A DNA stretch of 63,999 bases, counting the filler, from Gonapodya sp. JEL0774 (lineage: Eukaryota): assembly GCA_027604505.1 (NCBI GenBank). It is 3 parts of 3 records of this genome, joined end to end, with 100 filler letters (N's around TTAATTAATTAA, not from the genome) between each part and the next. Parts side by side here need not be neighbours in the genome. Positions count along the whole stretch, not along the records: positions 1 to 24,903 come from JADIIX010000226.1; positions 25,004 to 49,767 come from JADIIX010000227.1; 1 more part is not named here. The stretch is one strand, 5' to 3'. The notes beneath the pieces are model-generated. The model worked only from the letters and a program-made list of their open reading frames with translations. It made no database searches and had not been told where the DNA came from. Positions 13,787-28,529 of this stretch are shown here, one piece after another. Position numbers and translations under genes: made by a program. Positions within the stretch are counted from its first letter, which is position 1; each line of letters starts with the position of its first letter.

Positions 13787-14201
13787 TGGAGCTATTAGAG
13801 CGGTTCTGCGACGGAAATGTATGGGGGCAAAGACTTGAAAGTAAGATCCAAGAGTGGGCTCTCGCCTTAGTTCGGTATTGAATCGTCAAAAATTGATAGC
13901 TTGATAGATGTAGCTTAGGTTGTGCCAATTTTGCCCTGTTTGAACAATAAATAATTGCGAAGGATGTTTTGGACAGAAGGAGCTTCGCTGGAAGGTTGGC
14001 CGCTGGCCTTCCAGCGAACTCCAAACCGAACCACGAGATCAAACCGATTGCACCTCAACAACGTACAGGATCATGCATTCATACTCTAAGGGAACCACAC
14101 CAAACAGACGTCCACATGCAGGTATCGCCTAACCACACAACTCCCCATTTCTCGTGCTTCCTTCAACGAACCACTCGACGGGGGAAGCTGGGTCAAGGTG
14201 T

Positions 14202-15499
14202 TCACTGAAAATCAAGTGGGGAGGAGTGAGAACGATCATGAACGCCATTCAGTGCGCACATAACTTTCATTGGAACAATCGCATTCCTTTCCAACTTTCG
14301 TCCACTTGAAGAAAATGACGTGATTCGTGGAGCAAGCTATCAATCCATGTTGTGCCGCAACTAACGGGAGCTACCCATTCAAGACAGATGTACCCAACCA
14401 CTTGCTTACTCACGTAGGACACGCTGATCAAGTAATCAGCCAAATCTTCAACAGTCTTCGTGGCTTGGCCAGGTTGTATCCCCTCCGCGTACACTCCCAC
14501 AATAACTGATCCGAAACCAGTAGAAATGGTTCACCGAATGAAATAACAATTTCTTTCAGGACTGATCTCACCGGCCATCTTAGTCTTTACACAGATGACG
14601 CCGCCGGCACCTTGCTTCCCATAAATCGAGCGGTCGTCAGCCCTCAAGCAGAAATACTACGAGTCAAAGCCACGACGTGATACAGAATGAACAAGTTCCA
14701 TTTCGTAGTGTTAGAAGAAAATTCATGTTTCGGGTGAGTCGGAGACAGAGAATGAGGAGCCAAACAATGTGAACCGAACGACAAACTTTGCGTTAGCCAA
14801 AAATCTCACTTAAACCACATGGCTGCGAAGTACCAGCCCTACATGAAGCGGCTTACGTTCATCGCTCCACTTACCTTGACACCCTGGATGAAGATACCGC
14901 TGGCTCGAAGTCCGGAGGCATCCTTGAACCCGGCAATGAGGTTCTTGATTTCAGGGCCGCTGATCTGTCAAGCATAAAGCGCGAGAAGGTTAAAAGTGTA
15001 GTCGTACATAGATTATAGAAAGTCAGATGTAACGAGATCCGGTAGCCAACAAGAAGGGCAGTGTTTGGGTTTTCACCAAGACGAACGACAAGGAGAAATC
15101 CGAATCGCGGACATTCTTAACAGGAAAGGCACCATCTCATCGCAGATCATTGATCCAAGTTAAGTCCACTGCCGAGAGAGAGTCCGGAAATTCCATGTCT
15201 CGGGGTTCAGGGTGTGTTGTCGGTTGATTTCGCCTTGAGACTTCCTCTGCCATCGTTGGGATGAATTCAATATCTCAAGGCAGTACCCAGGGATGATTAC
15301 TTCGCGACGATCCCGAAAACGGGCTGCCAGACCATCAGTGTGGCATATTCCACGGAATTCTGTCTGCCCCTCCGGCGAACAGACTCACGCTGAAGCCTGC
15401 GGAAGTGGCCCACAGGGTCCCGTCGTGTCCATGGATCGCAGCCTTGGTAACGAGCTTGGTTCCGACAAGGTTTGCGTCGACGTACTGCTGCCACGACAT
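14202..15499 (-). CDS. PFY1: Profilin, 126 aa (exons 15499-15389, 14964-14875, 14656-14572, 14505-14414, stop 14204-14202)
   Basis: Spliced translation [126 protein letters not shown]; all introns GT-AG and in frame. Confidence 0.95.
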
Positions 15500-15807
15500 T
15501 GTTTGGTTGGGTCAGAAGGAAATGAATGAGCGGGACTTCATATAGTCAGTTTGCACGAGTGGCGCAAACAGTGCATGTAACACAACCAATCCCAACCATA
15601 TAGCACTCCTTGAGAAAAGCAATATGCATTTACTAGGTACTTCTGTGGCAATGCTGTCTAGCGGTGGTGGTGACTTTCGACGACAACCCGTTAGTGAGAG
15701 AAGCTGCATCTGAGTCAACGCAAAAGGAGACTGCTGCCCTGCACTTTGCGACATTATTTGATAGCGCAGTTTCGTCATTCATGTTGTCTTTATGTATGTA
15801 CACCACA

Positions 15808-18800
15808 TCACGACTTCCCTTTCGAATTCTTCGATATCTTCTCGGCATTCACCTTTGCTGGTCCCTCCTTCCCGTTTAGCTCCCCATTTTTTTTTTCTTT
15901 TCCGCCTTTCCCACCTTTCACGATCTCCCGTGGTCGCGGCAGAGAAGCCAACGGTGTCGGAGATGCCGGGCGCTCTGACTCTGAGTCGGTTATAGTGTCC
16001 GATTCAGTGAGAATCTCCGAATCCGAGGCAGAATTGTCGCTGTCAGACCGTTCAACCAAATACTCAGTTACTCGTTGGTGCCATACTCGATCAGGCAGAC
16101 TTGGCTCACCTCTCCCTAACCCCTTTCCCACCCTTTTTCTTCCCCTTCTTCTTGCTCTGACCCAGAACAGCGGTTTCCGGCAAAAAAGTCCGCGCTATTT
16201 CCTCGGGTGACAACGTGGATGCGGGTGGAGGCTTTTTGGTTGGTGTGGTTGGTGTGGTTGGAGGTGGTGTTGGAAGGAAGCCGAGAGACAATGCGTCTGC
16301 CATAATGCAATATTTTGACAAGAGGGGGAAACATCAGGCTCAACATTATATCCCAAAAACACCATACACCAGCAAATCCCACGCCACAATACCCACAATC
16401 AGATCCCAGATCAATACCCTTCGCCTGTTCCTCCTTTCTGTCTTCTGGGGCCTGGACCGCCAAATCGTCAGCGGACGGCGTCAAAGGGCCGACCCAAGGA
16501 GCTGGTCGAGGAATCTGTGGAATTTTGAACGGGTACAGGGGGGCAACTTGCTTTTCTGTGACGAGTCTGTTGGTATGTCAGTAAACAAGAGGGAGTGGGG
16601 ATCAACCATTCAGCGATCAATTATGGCCGTGGATTGAGCTATACATGCAAGAGCTTACCTCAATTGCCTCAACAACTTATCCCAACCTTGCAAGCTGCCC
16701 AAAACACTCCTCAAGTAACCGTCTCTGGACTCCCTCTCCGCACCCAACCTAACCTCATTTAAGACGAGGATCATATGTCCTCTCAATTCTTTGTACTCGT
16801 TGTCATCAAATGCTTCGACGATCCGGGGAAGGAGTTTACACTTGCTTAACACAGAGCGGAGTGAGGGATGTGGCTGGGTGAGTGAAGTTGGGGGGTGATG
16901 AACGAGCAGATGGAAGAGTTTGTAGAATAGGCTGAGATATTGTGAATTGTGTCTGGTAGGTTGATCGGGCCGGTTTTGGCGATCCAGTAAAATTAATGTT
17001 ACCCAGTTACAGAGTGAGTCCTTTGCAGAGTAGAAAACTCCAAACAAGCGACGCACCTGTATTCGAAGAACCAATTCACTAATACTCTCCACGGCACAAC
17101 AACAAACGGATCCAACAAAACCCCCTCCGCAGACTCCTCGCCGAGCCTCTCCGCCTCTTTCCTCCGCGCGTCAACAATCTTCTCGGCACAGTGGCGAACA
17201 ACTTCGTGGATGATTTCAAGGATTTGCATGCGGAGGTACGTGAAAGGTTTCTTCACCTGATAGGCAGGGAGTTTTATGCTTTCAATTCGCAGAGAAACGT
17301 AGGTGTGAGACATCAAACAAACAAAAAATAAATAGAGAGACAATGGAGTGCTCAAATGGATATGTACCTCCCTTCCACGTCCCCCTTGAAGTTGCCTAGT
17401 TGCAGCGCATTACACAGATCTGTCAGTTTTGTCGCTAACGCCGACAGCACTTGCAAGTAAAAGAGACGAGGGCGTAGACAGATCAACGTGACAATTTAGT
17501 TTCAACCACACCCTCATGATTGGCTCCGAACACGTACCTGCCCCTCGAAGGCCCCCCAGTTCGTTTCCAGCCCCTCCGACTCCCACAATATCCACATTCG
17601 CGACACCGGTGCCTTCTGTGAATGGTTTCGCTGCGGCCTCGTACGTCCGACGGCTCACGAGCGCGTCCAAAACCTGCAGTGCCGCACGGTGGTGGGATGG
17701 ATCCGTTGTTTTGGATGTGAGGATCTGGTGAAACAATAGCACCCAAACATCCGAGACGATAAATCAATTTTATCCTACAAAACACGCATTAATACCAAAA
17801 TCGCGGACAAACTACTCACATCAACCACACCAGCAACCCACAAACTTGCTCTCGCAACGACCGGCTCGAACAACCCCGCGCTCACAGGGTCGTCCCCTTG
17901 CTTGGCAGTGTCGTCAGCAACCCTGGCTACCAATTCTGCGCAACCAAGCGAAACTGCAGGCGACTCGTGTGAGAGGAGCCGGATGGCCTGGAGAGATTCG
18001 ACCAAAATTTATATCTTCAACGTTGTATACCGTGACAACTGCGACTGACCTCCCCAACAACATCCTCTTGTGCCCATCTTTCAACAGCTTCACGAGCAAC
18101 TTTGCGATGTCTATTGTCAACACCTGCACAGGTGAGTGCTGATATGGCCGCCTGAATAGCGCCACGATCTACTGCATAGCACAGGAGGTGGCGAACAAAG
18201 CTGCCCTCACCCATAAAGGCTGGCGAGCCGGACGAGAAGGGGGGAACTTGAGGGAGAGAGGTTAGACTTAAGGAGAGAGCGGGTAGGAGAGTTGCAGGAG
18301 TACGGCGGAGTAGGGGCGGTATGAGGAGAGCAAGGTGGTGGAACGAACCGCAGGAGGAAGGGTGGAGGATGGGGGCGAGTGCAGCCGCTGTTGGATACCA
18401 AGAGATGAGGGAGGGGATGGGTTTCCGTGAGTTGGAGAACGGAGAAATGCCACTCCGTATAAATTGAATCTCTGGTGAGTAACAGTTATGCACATTGAAA
18501 ACATATTCTTGCAAAAATCTGTTCACCGATGCATCTTCGAGAATCCATCCAGGCTTTAGGTCGTACCCTCTCAATTCCAACAGTTCAATTACACACTAGT
18601 CGCTACTCCAGTCCGACAACCTACCTACAACTACACCCCTGCCTTCCACAACTCTTCCTTCTACGATTCCATTCGCTGCGAGCGCCTCCGCCGCACTGAA
18701 GGCGCTCTTGGCTGCAGCTAAGTTCTCCCGACTGCGAGCCTCACGAGCAGCGAGGGCGTCGTCGAGAGTTTCATGTGTGGGAAAGAGGGATGAGAAAGGT

Positions 18801-19722
18801 GGCGGGGGTATGGATGGGGGCCGGGATATGTAGGAAAGGAATAGTGTCAACGTAGCTGTGGTGGGGATGGGTGGGAGCGGATTGAACGTATAAGTAATGA
18901 AAACCCACTTTCAAACCAGGGGAATTACTCCAAGGGTTGCTCAAGTCAGTAGATTCCTGGCGGTTTTTTGTCCACAAGCACCCATTACTTATGGACAATC
19001 TTCCAGTCCCTATCCACTTATCCGAAAACAATTGCAAACAATTAAATTAAGCGCTGCTCCAAACCTCGTTATGAGTGATTCCAATGCTTCCTTGCTTTGT
19101 TCAACTTTCACAACAAGGTTCATACTATCGCAATCACCTCATGCGAACTCGCACGAGACAGGTCCCCCAACCCACCATCGGGTTTGAGAGCGTCCGCAAC
19201 TCTCTCATCAATTTTTAATTTTTCCAAGTCGAGAAATGTTTCGATGACTCGTCGGCGAGCTTTGTCTCCTTCCTCAGGTGACGTAACTGCGACGGCATCA
19301 ATTAAGGCTGCCGTGAAAGCACTGACGAGTTTTGGATCATCTTTTGGAGTGGGACTGGATGAATTGAACCCAGTGAAAGCGGAGGCGAACGGTAGGCTGT
19401 TGGAAAGAGTAGAGAGAAGGGCAGGGAAGACAGCGTTCGCGTTGTTTATCGATATTTTCTTGATTTGAGATGGAGTTTCCAGAGTGGAAGTAAAGTGTAA
19501 TGTTCGTTATGCGGCGAGGAGAATGAACATCACAGTTTGATAGGCGAGAGAGTGCCAACAATAATCGGGCGAAGTGTTTCGGCATCAATAATTGCATGCA
19601 GACACAAAACATGCGACAGAGACACGAATTCTTTCCTGTGAGACTTGGTCGGGCTGTCCGGAAGTTCTCAATCTTCTCACCCGTTCGACCCCACTAGACA
19701 CCAGTTCCAACTCGTCGGCCAT
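15808..19722 (-). CDS. Large helical protein, possibly SIT4 phosphatase-associated (SAPS)-like, many exons; ends uncertain
   Basis: Chain of minus-strand exon ORFs; LRMQILEII, WFFEY..HNSQYL and LRGHMILVLNEV resemble SAPS motifs; low-complexity Ser/Lys-rich tail. Confidence 0.5.
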
Positions 19723-20006
19723 CCCGATTCCTTCCTCTTCAAATGTGTCCAATAATTGATTAGCAATGTTTCAATTTTGCTTCCGGTAAGCCCCAATTTT
19801 GATGGAAGTTGCGCTCAGTACGCCTTGAATGTTGACGAGCTTCATGCAAATGAATGCTGTTTTCGCCTTCTCCGCGTTCTAACAAGCGATGTCGCGATGT
19901 AAACGGCCACTGATTCAGCTGACACGGCTTTTCGATCCAGGGGTTCTTGCTGAAAGTTCGAAGTTTGATGCAGGCACTGACATTGTTTCAGGATTGCACC
20001 ACATGA

Positions 20007-22616
<2,610 letters not shown>

Positions 22617-22722
22617 TGCTGGAGCACACGAGGCGCAGAGGAATGCAGCAATTATCTATGTACACGAAGTGACGATACATATGCAATCCACGCGCTGTTC
22701 ATGCCACCAAAAGTCCTTTGCT

Positions 22723-23475
22723 TCATGGCACCCGCCGTTGTCGTTTAGACTGATTTTGGCTATAAACGACTGGTGAGGCTTTCCGCTTCTCTGTGACGGC
22801 ATCTTCAATGGTGTCTGCAGTAGAGATCGTCGCGCCGTGGTTGGCCACCGTCAATTTCTTTCCCATTCCAGCTTGGGACTCCTTCACCACCTCTTCAGCA
22901 AGCTGAATCAATTTTGTTATGGTGTTCCAATTTCGGGCCGTGACATCAAACCCCACCACTTTCTCGAACTTCTTGAAAGGAAACTTCGAGGCACCCACAC
23001 CATTTGGATGGTATGCATATATGTGACGCCCGCTGGGGTGGAAAGATATTCGCTCGTTGGTGGGGGATTTCTGCGCCAGCTGTAGGACCTCCTCCTCCAC
23101 CTGTGCGGAGAGCGGGGAGCCGGTGGAGCTACGGGGACTTCCCAGCTTGATGAAGTAAACGTGCAATTTTTTCGGATCCAAGTCAGACTCTCCCCACGGC
23201 ATATCGCGTACAACGTCCCTCAATTCCCCCGAATCTCGAACCACGGTCGGCACGCTGAATCCAAATTCTCCTTCCACCAGTTCTGTGATTCGATTTTGCT
23301 CCTCTTGTTCTGACAATGGATCACTTGGAGTTACGTAGACGCAATTCCCGGACTGGACGTATGTCTTCACGTTTGAGATTCCCAGCACACTTTTGAAAGC
23401 ATCTCGCAATCGGGACATGTTTAGAGGTTTCGATCCGCCGACGTTCACACCGCGCAAGAGCGCTATCCGAGCCAT
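22723..23475 (-). CDS. DUF1697-domain protein, intronless
   Basis: IALLRGVNVGG, VKTYVQSGN, TARNWNT match the bacterial DUF1697 signature as recalled. Confidence 0.85.
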   Translation of the reverse strand: MARIALLRGVNVGGSKPLNMSRLRDAFKSVLGISNVKTYVQSGNCVYVTPSDPLSEQEEQNRITELVEGEFGFSVPTVVRDSGELRDVVRDMPWGESDLDPKKLHVYFIKLGSPRSSTGSPLSAQVEEEVLQLAQKSPTNERISFHPSGRHIYAYHPNGVGASKFPFKKFEKVVGFDVTARNWNTITKLIQLAEEVVKESQAGMGKKLTVANHGATISTADTIEDAVTEKRKASPVVYSQNQSKRQRRVP

Positions 23476-24903
23476 GGGTGGGATCGTGAATCACTGGCGC
23501 GATTTGTTTAGATGGACTTGAGGGGCATTTGGGGCAAGAATCGCACTGCACGGAGGGTCTCGTTGCAGTACGCACAAACTCTAAAGCCAGCCAATCGCAA
23601 ACGAGTTCCGAAGATCAGTCTTCCGAGATATCCGAGATATCTCACTAATGAAGTAGTTCTCCGTTGGCTCTTTCTGAGCCATCTTTGTCTCTCCGGTGAA
23701 CGCTCACACCATTCATTCCCCAAATGTTCGCTGCACTATGTTGCTGTGGAATCGCGGAAGGTGATTGGCACTCCTGTCATTCAAAGATATATATCAATGA
23801 AATCTACCTGATGATTCTTTTTGATGCAATCGGGAAGGTCTCGTGCGTTGTAAAGATTCAAATTGCCCCGGTCCAATGCACTAGGGTCCCAGTCTGTGCG
23901 ACACGATTACCACAGGTGCGTTGTGCCACCTAGCAATAGAAAGGGACCCATCTACCAATAAAAATATCTATCTTAAGGAGTTTCCGAATGCAGAAACGGA
24001 CGGTCACATATGCAACCAACTCCACAAACTCAACCATCAGGCACCAAAGTAGAAAACACGACTCTCAAGAATGAAAAGAAAGGAGAAATTGAAAAACGAA
24101 AATCGCGGAGAGTGGCCAAGAACCCACAGCTCAAACAGAAAGTCCTGACTTGATCTCCCAACATGTCACTGTCAGGAGCTATGCGCCGTGGCTGTGACGC
24201 AGGTGGGTTCAGAACATTGGTGTCAATGCCTTGCTGATCTGAGATTGAAGGCATCTCATGTTCTTCCCTGGTGCGACGCTTCCTTGATGGAGGAGCTGGA
24301 ACTTGGTCCGGTTGGTATGGTTGCGCACAAGGACCTGTTCCCTGAGGAAAAATCCCAGTTGGACATTACCATTTGCCCAACGGTTCTCAAGGAGGCCATC
24401 AACAATCATAGTTGTGCTGTGGGCAGTGCCTTGCGTGTGTTATGAAGCATTGCCCTGTTGCAACAGTGTTGAGGGTGCAAGCAACATCATGGTGGAAATA
24501 GGTGCATGTACAAGTGCACCTGCTTTGTGTGTTGTTGACAAAGTGAGGGTGATTGTGTTCATACTTGATGACACGGTACGTGGGAACCACTGACAAATAC
24601 AATCAATACAAACATGTTGTGATGATGGTGATGAGTGACATGATATGTACAATGCAAAGGCACCAACAGATCAGGCAAATCCTTACTCACACTGCTCTTC
24701 ACTGAACTTGCATTGGGAGACTGGTACTCTGTGGCACTTGTAGTACCACTGAGCGTGGTGTAGTGGGGCTGTCACTACGTATGGGTCTCAGCCCTCTATG
24801 ACGGGATGGTGGCCTAGTGATAGGCCTGGAGTGTGATCTTATTATGTGGTGCTAGTTGTGCCTTATATACATGTGTAGGCTGTGGTCATGTACAAGGTGT
24901 CAA

Positions 24904-25003
24904 NNNNNNNNNNNNNNNNNNNNNNNNNNNNNNNNNNNNNNNNNNNNTTAATTAATTAANNNNNNNNNNNNNNNNNNNNNNNNNNNNNNNNNNNNNNNNN
25001 NNN
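24904..25003. other. Assembly gap with TTAATTAATTAA linker
   Basis: N-runs flanking the same linker as the second gap. Confidence 0.97.
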
Positions 25004-25227
25004 TCCTCTTCCTTTAAGGTATCTTCCGTGATGGAAGCACGTGCCGCGTACGGAACGTCGACTTTCCAGAGTTCCAGGTTCTTTGCAGAAATGTCAGACA
25101 ACTCCGGCGAGAGTTTCGCCTTGATGGCTTCCTTGAGGGAGTCCACCGACGAAGACGGTGCGACGGAGACCTCGAAGGGCACGTTTTCGCCAAGCAGGAG
25201 ACATGCGAGAGTTGTGGAGGCAGCCAT
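25004..25227 (-). CDS. Crinkler (CRN) effector N-terminal ubiquitin-like domain, 3' end lost in gap
   Basis: TLACLLLGENVPFEVSV...SVDSLKEAIKAK...DISAKNLELWKV fits the CRN header (LxLFLAK/LxLWKV) pattern. Confidence 0.8.
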
Positions 25228-25589
25228 ACTGGAGTGTTGGCGTGGTGAATTTAGCCGAACCCGTCCCACGGCTTTGTTTGAAAGTCTACATTCAGAATCA
25301 GCTGCAATATGAATCGACGCCTGGTGATGTAAGCTGCCGGTGAAAATATACACATTAGGGCTACAACAATTTTCCTGTTCTCCAAACAGAACTCCTCTCG
25401 ACCTAAAGCACCCGGTAAAAGCCTTGTTTCTTTCTGTTTTCACTGGGATTACATCTATACTTTCTCTGGACGGTTGCTGAAGATCATCAAGCAGCCGTTC
25501 GGATTGGCCAGTTGTGAAATCTACAATTTATAAATGTACGCCTATGTGGTGGGCGGTGGTGGCCACGATGGCCTCCCTCTTTTTTGTAC

Positions 25590-27906
25590 ATGCAATCCGC
25601 GTTTGCACCGCCGAGTCTGTCCACCGCTCGTCTGCTGCGTGCATCTGTCACGGGCTCAGCTTCATCCACATTATCGCCCATCATGATTCCCTATTCAAGT
25701 CCCCTGCCAATCCCACCGGCCCCCAAATTCTCCAAAAAAGTTTCTCGCCGCAACCCAATCGTACAGCCCCAGACGCCATTCCGCGCTGCTGAAAAACATT
25801 ACAAACGGCGAGATAGACCGGTAGACTTGTCAGAGGTCCTGGACATTCGGGATCCCGACAGATGGAAGGGCAGGCTGGTCGAAATCGAAGTGCCTGGGGC
25901 TACCCAGCGCGTGGAGCGGGATCCCAACTTGCCCGTGTCCATGTCGACAGAAAGAAATGAAGATAAAAGCGGCGACGCTGTTATGGCGACTGCGAATGCG
26001 CCGTCGGCGCCACCTGAACCAACGCCCACGACTCCGCTTCCTCCCTATGCCGACCTCCGTCTCGCGTCTCCCTACTTTGGCTGGCTCGACACCTCCAGTG
26101 CCGACCCTTCCTCCACCGAACTGGCAGGACCACCGCCGCGGGCATTCACGCTCCCGGAAATACCGGGGCTCGTGCTTATCCAGTCACCGTTCCATTGGAA
26201 AGCCGAGAGGCAAGTCATCAAGAACGCATTGAGGGAATGGTCTGGTGAGCCAAATGTGACGAATCTCGGTACGTTGCTTGAACAGCTTCGTTGATCGAGG
26301 GTCGAGATTGATTCAAAACGGACGGATGGGCACCGTGGCGCGAGTCGGAACGAAAGGAATTTGTGGGACCACCAAACATCACCATTCGGTGGTACACGTT
26401 TGTGCCCAGTGTGCAGCACCACGAATTCCTTAGTTGCATCAAATGGTGAATCAGTTCAAGTCGCTGGTGCTCTCTGACACCTGACACCTTGCTTTCCCAT
26501 GCCCTACCCAACCCCTTCTTACCGCCCCAGACACCCACTTCCTCATCCCCGCCACAGCCCGACACCACTGCTCCCCCGACCAACTCGGCGGCGGTCTGTG
26601 GCACCTCCACGAGAAAGTCACCCGTGGAGACTTGCCAGCGGACTTCACCGTTCCGGTGAACACGGGGTCGACTTACGGTGTGGGGAACTCGGGTGCACAC
26701 GGGCAGAAAGACAGGGACGGTGACGGTGACGTGGATGCGGATGCGGACGCTGCCGACGGCAACCACCACGGACCGACCTGCTCTCAACCCCTCACTGCCA
26801 GCATCTCTTGCTCGACCCTTCCAGACGACCGACTCGCCCCACCCATCCTCTCCAGCTACCTCTCCCACCCCAACCCCCCCAGCACCCCTCCCACCACGCT
26901 CAAACCCCTCCGCCCTCTCACTCTCCTACACTCCCGCCTCAGGTGGACCAGTCTGGGCCTTTACTACGATTGGACGACCAAAACCTATCTGGGCATGCCC
27001 AGCTCACCACCTGAGACGGACATTGAGACCGGTGAGACGCCTTCACCACTCGTGTACACCCACCACGTGCCCCCCGTTCCACCAGAGATCGCTGCAATGG
27101 CTCGCGCGGTGGTGGGCTTACCTGGCGTGCGGGACATTGCGCTCTCCAGGTCCCGCACGGCGGGCGGGAACCGGAACGGGGGGAGGGACCAGGAAGGGGA
27201 CTACGAGACATACAAGCCGCAAGCGGGCATCGTGAACTTTTACGGCCTCAAGGACACGTTGATGGCACATCAGGATAGGAGCGAAGTGGAGTGGGGGAGG
27301 AGAGCGTTGGTCAGCTTTAGGTGAGTGCTTTTCGTTGCGGTGACGCGTCACCTGCTCCTCCAACCTTTCCCCCCACCCCCCACCCAACCCATACATTCAC
27401 CCTGCTCCAGTTTCGGCTCCACCGGCATCTTCCTCATCGGCTCCTCGACGCGGGACGTGAAGCCCGTGGCGGTGTATCTCAGGTCGGGGGATATCGTGGT
27501 CATGGCTGGAGAGAGTAGGAGGGCGTTTCATGGTGGGTGGCGAGGCTTTGGGGTCCAGGGGGCGAATGTGGGGATTTAGGAGGAGAATGGATGGGGGGAA
27601 GTTCGAGGCAATGGGACAAGTGGACGTGAATCAGACGGATATCATGGCATTGGACTCTTACATCTTCTCCCCCTCTCCTCCCCCCTCCCGCCCCCAACCC
27701 CCAACCACTCTTCCTCTCACCGCCTAGGCCTCCCCCGCATCCTCCCCTCGTCACTACCTGACCATTTTCTCCGCGACCCGCCAACTTTCCCCGACCGCGA
27801 TGCCGACTGGGACCTTTTCGCGGACTTCATGGTGAACGAGACGGACGCAGAGAAGAACGGAGGCACCGGGAGGAGGGTGAACGTGAATGTGAGGCAGGTG
27901 TGGTAG
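25590..27906 (+). CDS. ALKBH1: AlkB homolog 1-like 2OG-Fe(II) dioxygenase, multi-exon
   Basis: LRWTSLGLYYDWTTKTY, AGIVNFY, AHQD (HxD), LRSGDIVVMAGESRRAFHG, RVNVNVRQV. Confidence 0.88.
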
Positions 27907-28529
27907 GCCGCCGGGGATGCGGCGGGTACAAGTTTGGGGGACATGGGCGGCACACTATTGCACGAGTGGATGGGTTGGCATGTCAGTCTGGACGGAACTG
28001 GATGGACGCTCAGGGCGGGCTCAGGGGTTGACCAATATGGGAACGACTGCGTTCGCTCGGCATCGTCAAAATCGACAAACGAAGCGGCTTTCGTTCACCA
28101 ACCGGGCTCACACCTCTTTTTCAAGCCCGATCCGCTGTTTCTCAGTGGTTGTGTTACGATTGGACCCTGTCCACTGTTGTAAGTTACATCGTGGATGCGG
28201 AGGTTGGCAAAATTGACCTGCAGCTTCATGGGGTCGCATTTTTCTCTTTCCTCCAAACTTTGTTATGTAATCTCGTCGTAAGAATAGGAGACCGCTCGAG
28301 CGATGCGGCAGCAGAGGGTTGCCGATAGTGTAGTTTTGAACGCCTCCAGGCCCCGTTGCCAATGTTGTTTGATGTTGAAACTCGCGCAGACTGGCGCGAC
28401 TCTGTTATATCAATCTGGACTACGCACAGAAGGAACCGATCAGCAAGATGAGAGAGTGCGTGAACGCGATCATACAAGGCGACACTATTTTCACGTCCTC
28501 TCGTCAACGTCCTTATCTATCCATCGATA

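Noticed and set aside
24948..24959. TTAATTAATTAA palindrome within N runs, repeated at ~49812
   Set aside because: Identical in both gaps; an assembly linker, not biology
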